Origin: Chiloscyllium plagiosum
Lineage: Eukaryota
Direction: 5' to 3'
Assembly (NCBI RefSeq): GCF_004010195.1
Contig: NC_057728.1
Coordinates: forward strand, 48,100,043 to 48,164,042
Length of the DNA: 64,000 nt
The position numbers and the translations under genes are program-made. This document shows, piece by piece, positions 52,108 to 62,541 of the stretch. The notes under the pieces are model-generated. The model was not told the DNA's origin. It saw only the letters and a program-made list of their open reading frames with translations, and searched no databases. How positions within the stretch are numbered: position 1 is the first letter of the stretch; the number at the start of each line of letters is the position of its first letter.

Positions 52108-52639
52108 CAGATCATTGGTGAGAGCACATCCCAAATACTGTGTGCAGGTTTGGTCTCCTTATTTAAAGACAGATGTAAAAGCATTGAAGGTGGTTCAGAG
52201 ATGGTTTATTAGATCTATACCTGGAATGAGTATCTTGTCTTATGAGGATAGGTTGTACAAGCTGGGCTTTTTTCCATTGGAATCTCGAAGAGTGAGAGGG
52301 TGAGTTGATTGAAGTATACAAGATCCTGAAAGTTATTGACAAGGTTGATGTGTGTCACTCCAGAGTTAGGAGACACTGGTTTGAAATTATGGATCACCCT
52401 TTCAGGACAGAGATGAGGCATGTCTCTTTCCATAAGAGTTGAGATACTTTGGAATGCTCTACTTCAGAAGGCAATGGTGATAAGCCAATTGAATGTGGTT
52501 AAGGCAGAGGTCGATAGATTCCTGTTAGACAGGGGAATCACAGATTATTGGAGTAGGTGAACCGATTGAATGTTGGAGCACACTCAAGGGTCTGACTTGT
52601 CTTTTTCGGTTCCTATTTTGTATGTGGCTGAGAATTTCA

Positions 52640-52935
52640 AAATCAAGGAAAAACTTGATAAAAAGCCAAAGTGGATCAGTGAATGCAAGGGTGATAGGTG
52701 AACATACTGTGAGTAAGGACATGAGCAACAAATTTTTGGATTGTATCATGGACAAGTCCAGGGGTAACAAATGCATGAAATAAGGTTTTAGCAGAAGAGT
52801 GAACTAAGGTAGGAACAGAGCTGATTGATATTACAGCGTTGGAACTAGGTTGTCTTATTATAGCATGGATATATTGACAGAAGGTCATGTGTAGATCCAA
52901 AGAAATTAAGATTGTGAGCAGTCTGGTGCAGCCTC
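52640..52935 (-). mobile_element. L2 LINE fragment
   Basis: ORF 52676-52900 (SAKTLFHAFVTPGL..IQKFVAHVLT) resembles the L2 C-terminal motif TLIHAFVTSRLD..QN.AAR.LT. Confidence 0.65.
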
Positions 52936-53241
52936 AGAGATTTGCCGGTTAATTGGACACTACATGAAAATGACTGTTGGCAGTCTGGGAAAAATACCAT
53001 TTTCTTTGAAGAATTGCTGGCTTCCAGTACCACAGAACCTGGAAGTCAACAACTCAATTCATTGTACGTAATATCAAGAGGCAGCAGGAGGTGCTGGATA
53101 CTGCAAAGACTATGGGCTCTAACAACATTCTGATAATATACTGATGACTTGTGCTCCAGAAATTCTGCACCCTAGTCAAACTGTTGCAGTACAGTCTCAA
53201 CACTGACATCCACTCAACAATGGGGACAATTGTCCAAGTAT

Positions 53242-53496
53242 GGAGAAAGTGAGGACTGCAGATGCTGGAGATCAGAGCTGAAAATGTGTTGCTGGAAAAG
53301 CGCAGCAGGTCAGGCAGAATCAAAGGAACAGGAGAATCGACGTTTCGGGCATAAGCCCTTCTTCAGGAATCCTGAAGAAGGGCTTATGCCTGAAACGTCG
53401 ATTCTCCTGTTCCTTGGATGCTGCCTGACCTGCTGCGCTTTTCCAGCAACACATTTTCAGCTCTGATCTCCAGCATCTGCAGTCCTCACTTTCTCC
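53242..53496. mobile_element. Near-perfect 255-bp palindrome of two head-to-head Penelope family A terminal repeats
   Basis: Arms of about 126 bp are reverse complements with a few mismatches, centred on caggaatcctg (53364-53374). A further family A fragment follows at 53515-53598. Confidence 0.92.
53367..53404 (+). ncRNA. Minimal type-I hammerhead ribozyme motif (Penelope family A)
   Basis: GAATC-CTGAAGA-A-GGGC-TTAT-GCCT-GAAA-CGTC-GATTC, with stem I GAATC/GATTC and a GUC cleavage triplet ending at 53399. Confidence 0.72.
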
Positions 53497-54211
53497 TTGC
53501 CTAGTAATAGAGTCAAGATTAGAGTGGTGCTAGAAAAGCACAGCAGGTCAGGCAGCATCTGAGGAGCAGGAAAATCAACATTTCGGGCAAAAGCCCTTAA
53601 CTTATTCATTGATGAACTATTTGGATTCTGTCAGGGGGCACATAGCTCTTGATCTCAATACAGCCTTGATTCAAACATGGGCAAAAGATCCAAATTCCAG
53701 AGGTGTGGTGGGAGTCATTGCCCTTGACATCAAGACTGCATTCGACTCAGTATGATATCAAGGAACCATTGCAAATCTGGAGTCAATGGTATCAAAGGCC
53801 TGACACAAACCTAACACAAAACTAAATGTGGTTGTTGGAGGTCAGTCCTCTCAGATCCAAGATATCTCTTCAGTAGATCCTAAGGGTAGTGTCGAGGCTC
53901 AACCATCTTCAGAGGCCTTATCAATGACTTTCCCCCCATCATAAGGTCAGATGTGGGGATGTTTGCTGATGATTTTACAACATTCATTACCATTCATAAG
54001 TCCTCACATACTAAAGCAGTCCATGTCCTATATACGGAGAGACTTAGAAAATATCCGGGTTTGGACTGACAAGTGACAAGTAACATTTGCATCACAGAAA
54101 TGATAGACAGTGATCATTTTTCCAATAAGCGAGAATCTAACTATCATCACTTGACATTCAATGGCATTACCATCAGTGAACCCCACTATCAGATCCCAGT
54201 GGTTGCCATTG

Positions 54212-54438
54212 GTAATCTGGTAACTTCAATCTGCGCAAGAGTCGAATCCATGCTGTCGGCATCGCTCTGCATTACAAGCCAGCTGTCCAGCCAATTGAAC
54301 TAACCGACTCCCATGAAAGTCCCACCTATCCCCTTGCTTGATTCATGATGAAACTCAGATTAAATTCACTAAGAGTCATCTTCCTCTAAAGAGAGAGCAG
54401 CACTATGGTCTTCTGCGACTATGGTAATTTTACCTTTA
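54212..54438. mobile_element. tRNA-derived SINE whose head appears inverted relative to its tail
   Basis: The minus strand of 54312-54212 has A-box-like TAGTTCAATTGG and B-box-like GGATTCGACTC. The + strand of 54313-54438 looks like the SINE body and tail (ctatggtcttctgcgactatgg..ttaccttt). Confidence 0.5.
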
Positions 54439-57417
54439 TTGGGTCCCATTGACCAGACATCAAACTGGACTAATCGTATAAATATAGTGCTGTAAGAGCA
54501 GGTCAGAGGCTAGAAAACCTGCAGAAAGTGACTCCCCAAAGACTATGCATCATCTACTATGCACAAATCAAGGGGGTGATGGAATATTCCCCACTTGCCT
54601 GAATGAATTCAGCTTTGACAACACTTCAAAAAGTGACACCATCCAGGACAAAGTATCCAGCTCAATTGTCACCACATCCACAAACATTCACTCTCTCTGC
54701 CACCAACACTCTGCAGCAGCAGTGTGTACCATCTGCAAGCTGCACTATTTACCAATGCTACTTAGACTGTACCTTCCAAATCCACAACCACTTCCATCTA
54801 CAAGGACAAAGGCAGCAGATATGTGGGAGTACCTAAAGGTTTACCTCCACGCCACTCACCATCCTGACTTGGAAATATATATGTTGTCACTGGGTCAAAC
54901 TCCTGGAACGCCCTCCCAAATGGCATTGTGGGTCCATCTGTTCAAATGGACAGCAGTGGTTCAATAGGCAGCTCACCACCATTTAAACAAGGGCAACTAG
55001 GGATGAGCAATAAATGTTGGCCAGTCAACAACTCCCACATTGCATGAATAAGAAGAAAGCCTTGATTATGCGCTCAAGACTAAGTAGTTGTATATGAATC
55101 CATAAAAATGTGAGGTAGAGGCTAGAGTGTTATCCCCGAACCACACTGATTTAAGGTATTCCTAGCAGTAAACACTTTGAACAATGCACTTTAACTTGAA
55201 CAATTTGCAAAAGTTATAAATAACTTTTGAAGGCATAGCAATGTTGCATGAGACAATCAGTAGGATATGTTTGTCTGAATAGGTTTACCACATTGTCCAC
55301 CCACTTTTGAGTGTTGATAGTGTATTTGGTACAGAGTCAAGAAAAACACCCTTGATATAGCTTTGACAACCAAATAGCTCCTTTATCTCTATGACTCAGA
55401 AGGGGTTGATTTGTTTAATGATCTTCAGCAGACAATAATAGATTTACTCTGGCAATATTAACAATAAAGTCAAATCACAATGAAAGGGAGGAGCATGAAC
55501 TGTTCACTTTGATTCTCGACCTGATAAAACAAATATATCACACAATGAATAAATGCTGTTCCTTGAATGAAATTTAAGAAGGTACTGATCACTACTCTGC
55601 ACTGTAAAGGCGAGAGACATGGGAAAGAGAGGATTTCCATGATTATTAAGGTAACAGTCATCTAATGGGCGAATCCAAGGACAGGTGTAATTGTCTTTCA
55701 TGCCTATATATCTGTTTTACTCTAGAGTACTTAAATGCTGCATAACCTTAATACATTTGTTTTTATTATGGTATGTGCAAATACTTCAGGATTGTATTTA
55801 ACTTGTAGTTTGTAGGTGAAGGCTGTATCAACATATAGTTCAGATGTTGATTCATTGAGTCAGAGATATGTTCAGCCTGCAGTGGCTCAGTATCTTTTTG
55901 ATACGATGTGATAAAATGATTTATTCTTCACAGCATTCTGTTGAAGTGGTTTTAATATAAGACTGTGTGAGGTCAGAATAATTTTCTTCCCCTCTGCCCT
56001 ATGATACTGCTACATTTGGAACAATCTCTGCAGCAAACCCTCTCACTGAGTGTTAGACTAAACTGTGTAGTTCTCTTAATTGTTACTGCAGTTTAATTTT
56101 AATGTTTCTGTGCTCTAATCAATATTCTTGCTTTAGGTACAATTGTTCACCCTTCTAGCAGTCTGCTGTGCGTAACCTTTCTGTGGCTCTGCTATGTTCT
56201 GTCATGAAATTATTTCAGATTTCCTTTTCTGTTCTTTTGCTACTGACACTTAGGAGTTTTTTTTCTCATTTTTAAGTCTATTTTAAGTGATTTATATATA
56301 CATCTAAAATAAAATGTGGGAGGCTTGCTGGTGAAAGAATGCCAGGCTAGGTATCATTTGGTCTGTCATTTAAACCAAAAAGTTTCTGTATCTTAACAGT
56401 GTCTCAAAAACAAGAAGACCAATAGTCATATATATTACAGATGAGGGAAATAGTATATCCCATATAAACAGGATTGCACTGATTTCCAGCACTTACGATA
56501 TTGAGCATCTTATTTAATACAAATAAATCCCTGTCAAACAATGGTAATTGTGATGTGTCTCTTTAATAATCTGATAATTTGATCAAAGCTTACAGCTTAT
56601 TGTGAAGTGGATTAATTGCAACAGGACAAAAATTTAAATGCACTTGCTGAATAGTGTAAAATGTAATCTGGACAAAACTAAGAAGTGCACCACTTTATGT
56701 CAACAATTTAAACAGTGCTGATTTTAAGTTTGTTTAAAATAAATAAGGGAGGCTTTCTCAAAGGCTAAGTAAGTAAAGGTCCCAACCTATGATTCTTTTT
56801 TACTGGAATTAGCACTTGGAAACTGGTAATGCAGTGTCAGTTCTGGTAAAGCAATTTTAGGTTTAGTGATTGTCTTTGATCCTTCACACTTGCTCAATAC
56901 TTTCTTCTGTCATCGCTTTTCAATTGAACTTAAACATGTAAATTGCCTAACACAGCCATCGAATGGTTTCCCCTTGAAAGCAGGATGTTACCTTTAAAAC
57001 TGTACTGAAGCCAAGGATATACTATGAGCTTCAACAGCAGACATTGAGGAAGCTGACTAGGTGCAGCCCTCAAATTCTGATGGCTCAGATAGAACAAAAT
57101 ACAAATTCAGATGGTCATTCTAAATTTGTCATGACAGTCACAATGAAAATCAGAAACCTGAACATCTATCCTCTTTATTGCCAGCAAATAAATTATACCA
57201 ATTACATACTTGATCCTAAGATGTGTGGATTATTAAGGAAGTGAAATCACCTCTGTGGTTCCGTTTGCTTTACTGAAATAAGATTGTGGCCTATCAACAG
57301 AATGCAACATCAAAATAAATTGAATTGACATAACTCTTTAAAATCATTTTACCCTGTCCTAAGCAAGTATCATGTCTAAACCATTGTACATTTAAAATGT
57401 CTACTATTTTGTCACAG

Positions 57418-57528
57418 AAATGCGTTTTATATTGGCCAGAGAAACGGGGAATATATGGGAAGGTTGAAGTTCTTGTAAACAGCGTTACTGAATGTGAGCA
57501 TTACGTCATCAGGGACCTTACCCTTAAG
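57418..57528 (+). CDS. PTPRR: PTPRR coding exon: KCVLYWPEKRGIYGKVEVLVNSVTECEHYVIRDLTLK
   Basis: Acceptor cacAG at 57416-57417 and donor GTAAAA at 57529; 111 nt, phase 0-0. It holds the KCxxYWP motif, and KCVLYWPEKRGIYGKVEVLV matches PTPRR as I recall it. Confidence 0.96.
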
Positions 57529-59154
57529 GTAAAAATGGATGGATATGGCAGTTAAGTTAAACTTTTGTTGATGTTCTGTTGAAAGGCAGAGTTTACATTT
57601 TTCAAAGTTCATGTATTAATTAAAAAAAGGTCTGAGAAAGCTGCATCATTTTAATTTTGCATTATTCTGTCAGTATTATCATGTGTTATTTTAGCGAGAC
57701 ACTATTTTAGTGTGCATATTTGCATCTCATGTATTTAGAAGAACAAATGACATAGAAAGATCATTAATCTTATCAAAACATTTCCTCCTGATCCTCCAAC
57801 TCACAGCCAAGCATCTTGTTGCACATTGCTCGCAACAGCTGTAATTTTCTCCAACATTGTGTCATGTTAATGTCAATAGATTAATGATAAATTGCTTGCC
57901 AAGGAGTGATTAATTCCGTAGGTTAGTTTATTTAAAACAGTAAACTTTATCATAAGTTACTACAGCAGACCAACTGATATCAGTGTTTGTAACTTTATAA
58001 GCACAAAGCAATTTGCTGCCTACAGGGCCACAACATTGCATATGCATTAATTTTAAAGGCAAGGAGTACATACAACACCCAACTCCTTTCCACAGGAAAG
58101 TTTGAATATTGACAATAACAAGTGAGTGTATTGTCTCTTAATATATTGTTCATTCCTGGATTTGTTGACATGCTTTTATTTCATGGACTGCAGTTGCTAT
58201 CCCAGACTGTGCTTATCATGGTGTATTACAACCAAACTTTGTTCTATATTAGTCACTGACCGATGACGTTCTTCAAGCTGATTCTAATGATTCACATCTT
58301 CTTGGCATTTACTGTTTGGTTCCTTAAGAGCTTCAGCACATTTGGAAACTTCTGATTTTACATTCTGAGTTATTTTAATTCTATCAAAGCTTTCATCTTT
58401 TGTTGGTCCAGTATGTTTTCCTGTTTACTAACTGTCAACCTCTTTGACTGGTATTTTTCTTCTTGTCTTTTTTTTTGAAGCCTGGATCTCTTCCACTTTT
58501 TGTTTCAGTGTTTGTTTGGTTTCCTGTATGTCCTGCTTGGAACACCAAAGCATCATTGCTGGCATTTATTTCTGAAAGGATTATAATATGAGTACTTGCA
58601 CTCCTTATGCACACTCTGCATTGCCACCCTTTTCCTTTGCAGGTCTGGCATTTTATCCAGAACTATTTGAATTCAAACCAAAGTTTCAGTAGCTGCTCCT
58701 ATAGAGCTTGACTCATTTTAGCCATGTGTAGCTCCAGATCTTCTTGTAAATTGGCAGTCATTTAATTGGATTGATGCTTCAGAGCTTATAAGTCATCCTG
58801 CCTCATTGCTTTCTCTTTCAGCTCTTTATTCATCTTTAACTGCTGAGCAGATGAATCCCTCAAAGATTTCACCATCTCAAAGATGGTATTCTCAATTTTA
58901 GATTTATCTTGAGCTAGTAGTTCAGCCTTCTCTACTTGAACTTGCATTTTTCTCTCCACAGCAGACTGCTGAGATTTTAGCTCCACTAATTCAGACAAAA
59001 GTGAAGCATTCCATTCTCCTTTCATATCCTGTCCTGCAAGTGTTTCTTGATTAGCTCGCTGCAGTTTCTGTTGCATCACTGAAGCTTGACTGATTCCATA
59101 GATTGTGATTAGTGTAAGGTCGGTGTGTATACCTGAAATTGCTTATCGAGCGGT

Positions 59155-59247
59155 CTAGATTAGAGTGGTGCTGGAAAAGCGTAGTAGGTCAGGCAGCATC
59201 TGAGGAGCAGGAAAATCGACGCTTTGGGTAAAAGCCCTTCATCAGGA
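59155..59247 (-). mobile_element. Penelope family A fragment inserted in the CLIP1-like pseudogene
   Basis: Family A sequence; imperfect TSD CTTATCGAGCGGT (59142-59154) and CTTATCCAGTGGT (59248-59260). Confidence 0.82.
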
Positions 59248-60279
59248 CTTATCCAGTGGTGACTAGAATGTAAAACATCTGCAACATTGAGTGGATTGAT
59301 CTCTCTTGCACTCCAGCATTACTAATCATGCAAGAGCATTTGGTGAACCATTGTAAGTTGGAATTTTAGCATTCATAGATTTCATATGTTTCCCTACTCT
59401 ATGAATGTGTGTTTCATTTAAAATTCACAATTAGTATCTTACTACTTGTCCCTGTGTCAAACTTAAGCACTAAGAAAAAGACACCAGTTTTTTGAGAACA
59501 CATTTTTTGAAATTTTGCACACATTTCAGAAAGTGTGTAGTAGCACTGAAGTTTCCGTAATATTGACAGTGTGAACCATATGTTCACTGCTCTTTGTCTC
59601 ATTGTGCACATCATCAGATTCTGGGGTTGTCAGTCAGTTACTGTACATTCTTCAGGTGGAATACCAGATGATCTTTATTGCAGTCAGAAGATGTTCCTTG
59701 TGCATCGTCTGTTTGGGTCAGGTGTGTGGCTGTTTGTGGCTGCATCAGCCATTCTGCTAGTACACTACCTCTACCATTCCTTGCAAAATTATTTGAAAGC
59801 TGGGCATTTTGTTGCTGCTCACAGAAGGCCACATCTTCCACATGTCCTGGTACGTCTGGATGTTCTATTAATTGTATTAACCATTAAATTTGTACTTAGC
59901 AGCATCAAAATGTGAGAATTGCTTCAGATTTGTGCACAACCTTCAGAACCTCTTTAACACTAGAAGTCTTTGCTATGTCTGACAAAACTTCTGGAAAGCT
60001 TCCATGTGGTGGTTGTGATCACCATCTCAATAAGTCTGCTTGCTGACTTTTCTGAAATATCACGTTATGAGACCTTTCCCTACCTCTGGTCAAACTCAGT
60101 ATATGGATTCTGTAAGCATCTGCCCAAATAACACAAATTTCACTGAGGCCTTCTTGACATTGAGATCAATAAGTCTCATTTTCCAACCAAGATTTGAACA
60201 GCAAAATGAGATTCTCACTACTGAGTGGCAAGAAGCTAATTGATGATGAGTATCACTCAAAGACCATAAGTGGAGTCTT

Positions 60280-60745
60280 CGTTTGGAGCTCCCAATCTAA
60301 TGAACGATATACTGGCATTGGAGACAATTCAGACTGATCACAGGTATGGAGGGACAGTCTTATGAGGAGAACTTGAGTAGGTTGGGCCTGTACTCATTAG
60401 AATTTAAGAAAATGAGAGGCAAACTTATTGAAACACACAAAATTATTAGGGGACTTGACAGGGTGGAGACAGAGAGGTTGTTTCCTCCCCCATGGAACAG
60501 CCTAGAAGCAGAAGAAATAATCTAAGAGTAAGGGGTCGCACATTTATGACAGAGTTGAGAAGGAATTTGGTTGGCAGAGAGGAAACAAAGAGTAAGAATT
60601 AATGCGTCTTTTTCAAATTGGCAGGCAGTAACTAATGGGGTTCCACAGGGATCAGTGCTAGGACCCCAGATGTGATCTCACTGAATGATGAGGCAGACTA
60701 AATGGGCCGAATAGCCTATTTCTGCTTCTATATCCTATAGTTTTA
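60280..60745 (+). mobile_element. Rearranged CR1 3' fragment inserted in the CLIP1-like pseudogene
   Basis: CR1 C-terminal coding sequence (SYEENL.RLGLYSLEF) joined to an internal RT piece (VTNGVPQGSVLGP) and a 3' UTR. Confidence 0.8.
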
Positions 60746-61325
60746 TTATCACCCTCATTATCACTTAATGGTGCTCACTGATATTTTCCCATTCTATCAC
60801 GCACTAGATAGAAACCAATACTGACAATTCCCAACATGGTTTCCTGACAATTCTCCACTTGCTCCACCGGACCTCCATCTTGGACACCAGGCACCAACCT
60901 CTCAATGCACACTCCATGAGCAGCAACTGTACATACCATTAATCCACTGATCATGGCATCCAAAACTTACCAGCCTCACTGTACCATCATGGCACATCTC
61001 CAATCCATTTTCAATACAATTCTGGACTTCAGTGCTGCAGATTGGAGCGCCTTGGCTCCTCTCTTTGCAAGGCTTCTGCAAGGACACTTTGCATGCTGCT
61101 ACTGACAGCCATTTTGTGGTTCAGATCAAAATTCATATCAGAAATCTTCACTTGCTGCTTCAGTGCTCACTCACTTGATCCTACTTCGATGATTTGCAGT
61201 ATCTCTGCTTTGTTTTGTCTTGGCCTTTTGCACCTTGCCCCCTCAGCCAGGGCTAACAAGCTCACAGTATATCTGTCTTGCCTTGCCTTTAACACAGACA
61301 CAAAGCTAGGCAGTTTGTCATGGTT

Positions 61326-62541
61326 GAAAAATGTGGTGCTGGAAAAACACAATAGGCCAGGCAGCATCCGAGGAGCAGGAGAATGGACGTTTCGGGCATA
61401 AGCTCTTCTTCAGGAATGAGGCTGGTGTGCCAAGCGGGCTGAGATAAAAGGTAAGGGGGAGGGAATTTGGGGGAGGGATGCTGGGAATACGATAGGTGGA
61501 AGGAGGTGAGGGTGAGGGTGATAGGCCAGAGGGTGATTGGTCCTCCTGGGAGCAGATGCAGCGGAGGCGATGGAATTGGGAATATGGGATGGCGTTTTTA
61601 CAGGGGGCAGGGTGGGAGGAGATGTAATCTAGGTACCTGTGGGAGTCGGTCGGTTGGTTTGGACCAATTCCACTACCGAACAACTCAAATGGCCTCCTTC
61701 TTCAAAGACCGCAATTTCCCCTCCAACGTGGTCGACGATGCTCTCCACCACAACTCCTCCACTTCCCGCACCTCTGCCCTTGAACCCCGCCTCTCCAATC
61801 ACCACCAGGACAGAACCCCACTGGCCCTCACCTTCCACCCCACCAACCTCCGGATACATCGTATCATCCTCCGTCATTTCCACCACCTCCAGACAGACCC
61901 CACCACCAGGGATATATTTCCCTCTCCACCCATATCAGCATTCAGGAGAGATCACTCCCTCTGCGACTCCCTCGTCAGGTCCACACCCCCCACCAACCCA
62001 ACCTCCACTCCCGGCACCTTTCCCTGCAACCGCAAGAAGTGCAAAACTTGCGCCCACACCTCCCCCCTAACCTCCCTCCAAGGCCCCAANNNNNNNNNNN
62101 NNNNNNNNNNNNNNNNNNNNNNNNNNNNNNNNNNNNNNNNNNNNNNNNNNNNNNNNNNNNNNNNNNNNNNNNNNNNNNNNNNNNNNNNNNNNNNNNNNNN
62201 NNNNNNNNNNNNNNNNNNNNNNNNNNNNNNNNNNNNNNNNNNNNNNNNNNNNNNNNNNNNNNNNNNNNNNNNNNNNNNNNNNNNNNNNNNNNNNNNNNNN
62301 NNNNNNNNNNNNNNNNNNNNNNNNNNNNNNNNNNNNNNNNNNNNNNNNCCCCTCCCCCAAATTCCCTCCCCCCTACCTTTAATCTCAGCCCGCTTGGCAC
62401 ACCAGCCTCATTCCTGAAGAAGGGCTTATGCCCGAAACGTCAATTCTCCTGCTCCTCGGATGCTGCCTGGCCTGCTGTGTTTTTCCAGCACCACATTTTT
62501 CAACTCTGGTACTCCAACATCTGCGGTCCTCACTTTCTCCT
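61326..62541. mobile_element. Penelope family A element with an inverted terminal repeat and an internal inversion; gap at 62090-62348
   Basis: RT thumb and linker peptides YLDYISSHP..CKNAIPYSQF (minus strand) and TPLALTFHP...GTFPCNRKKCKTC (plus strand). Hammerhead core at 62414-62441; imperfect TSD AGTTTGTCATGGTT (61312-61325) and AGTTTTCATGGTT (62542-62554). Confidence 0.9.

Larger units (their letters stand above)
47900..52625 (+). mobile_element. Old CR1 LINE ORF2 hosting nested CR1, HE1 and Penelope insertions
   Basis: DKSPGPDG at about 48370; the QHGF|VKGKSC motif is split across 48645 and 50880; C-terminal ORF 52088-52303. Confidence 0.75.
53040..55050 (+). mobile_element. Decayed CR1/L2-clade LINE (RT with MFADD at about 53960), interrupted by Penelope and SINE insertions; related 3' pieces at about 1880-2040 and 8850-8995
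   Basis: Degenerate ALDIKTAFD, PKGSV and VGMFADD motifs; the 3' region is shared with the short copies elsewhere in the window. Confidence 0.65.

Noticed and set aside
15361..53598. Recurring palindromic repeats as CRISPR-like or tRNA arrays
   Set aside because: They are dispersed with no spacer architecture, and they are linked to GIY-YIG/RT coding sequence at 7633 and 61326, which identifies them as Penelope termini. The SINE heads are tRNA-derived but are not intact tRNA genes.
16202..57528. Assignment to PTPN5 (STEP) or PTPN7 (HePTP)
   Set aside because: [24 protein letters not shown] and KCVLYWPEKRGIYGKVEVLV match PTPRR as recalled; a reciprocal BLAST would be the formal check.
57927..57932. 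Minus-strand AATAAA as the polyA signal of the CLIP1-like copy
   Set aside because: It lies outside the candidate TSD, and such hexamers are common in this AT-rich DNA.
58786..59079. RB1CC1, a golgin or a functional nested gene as the source of the coiled-coil ORF
   Set aside because: The register-specific match is to CLIP1, and the adjacent homologous sequence has in-frame stops and TE insertions.
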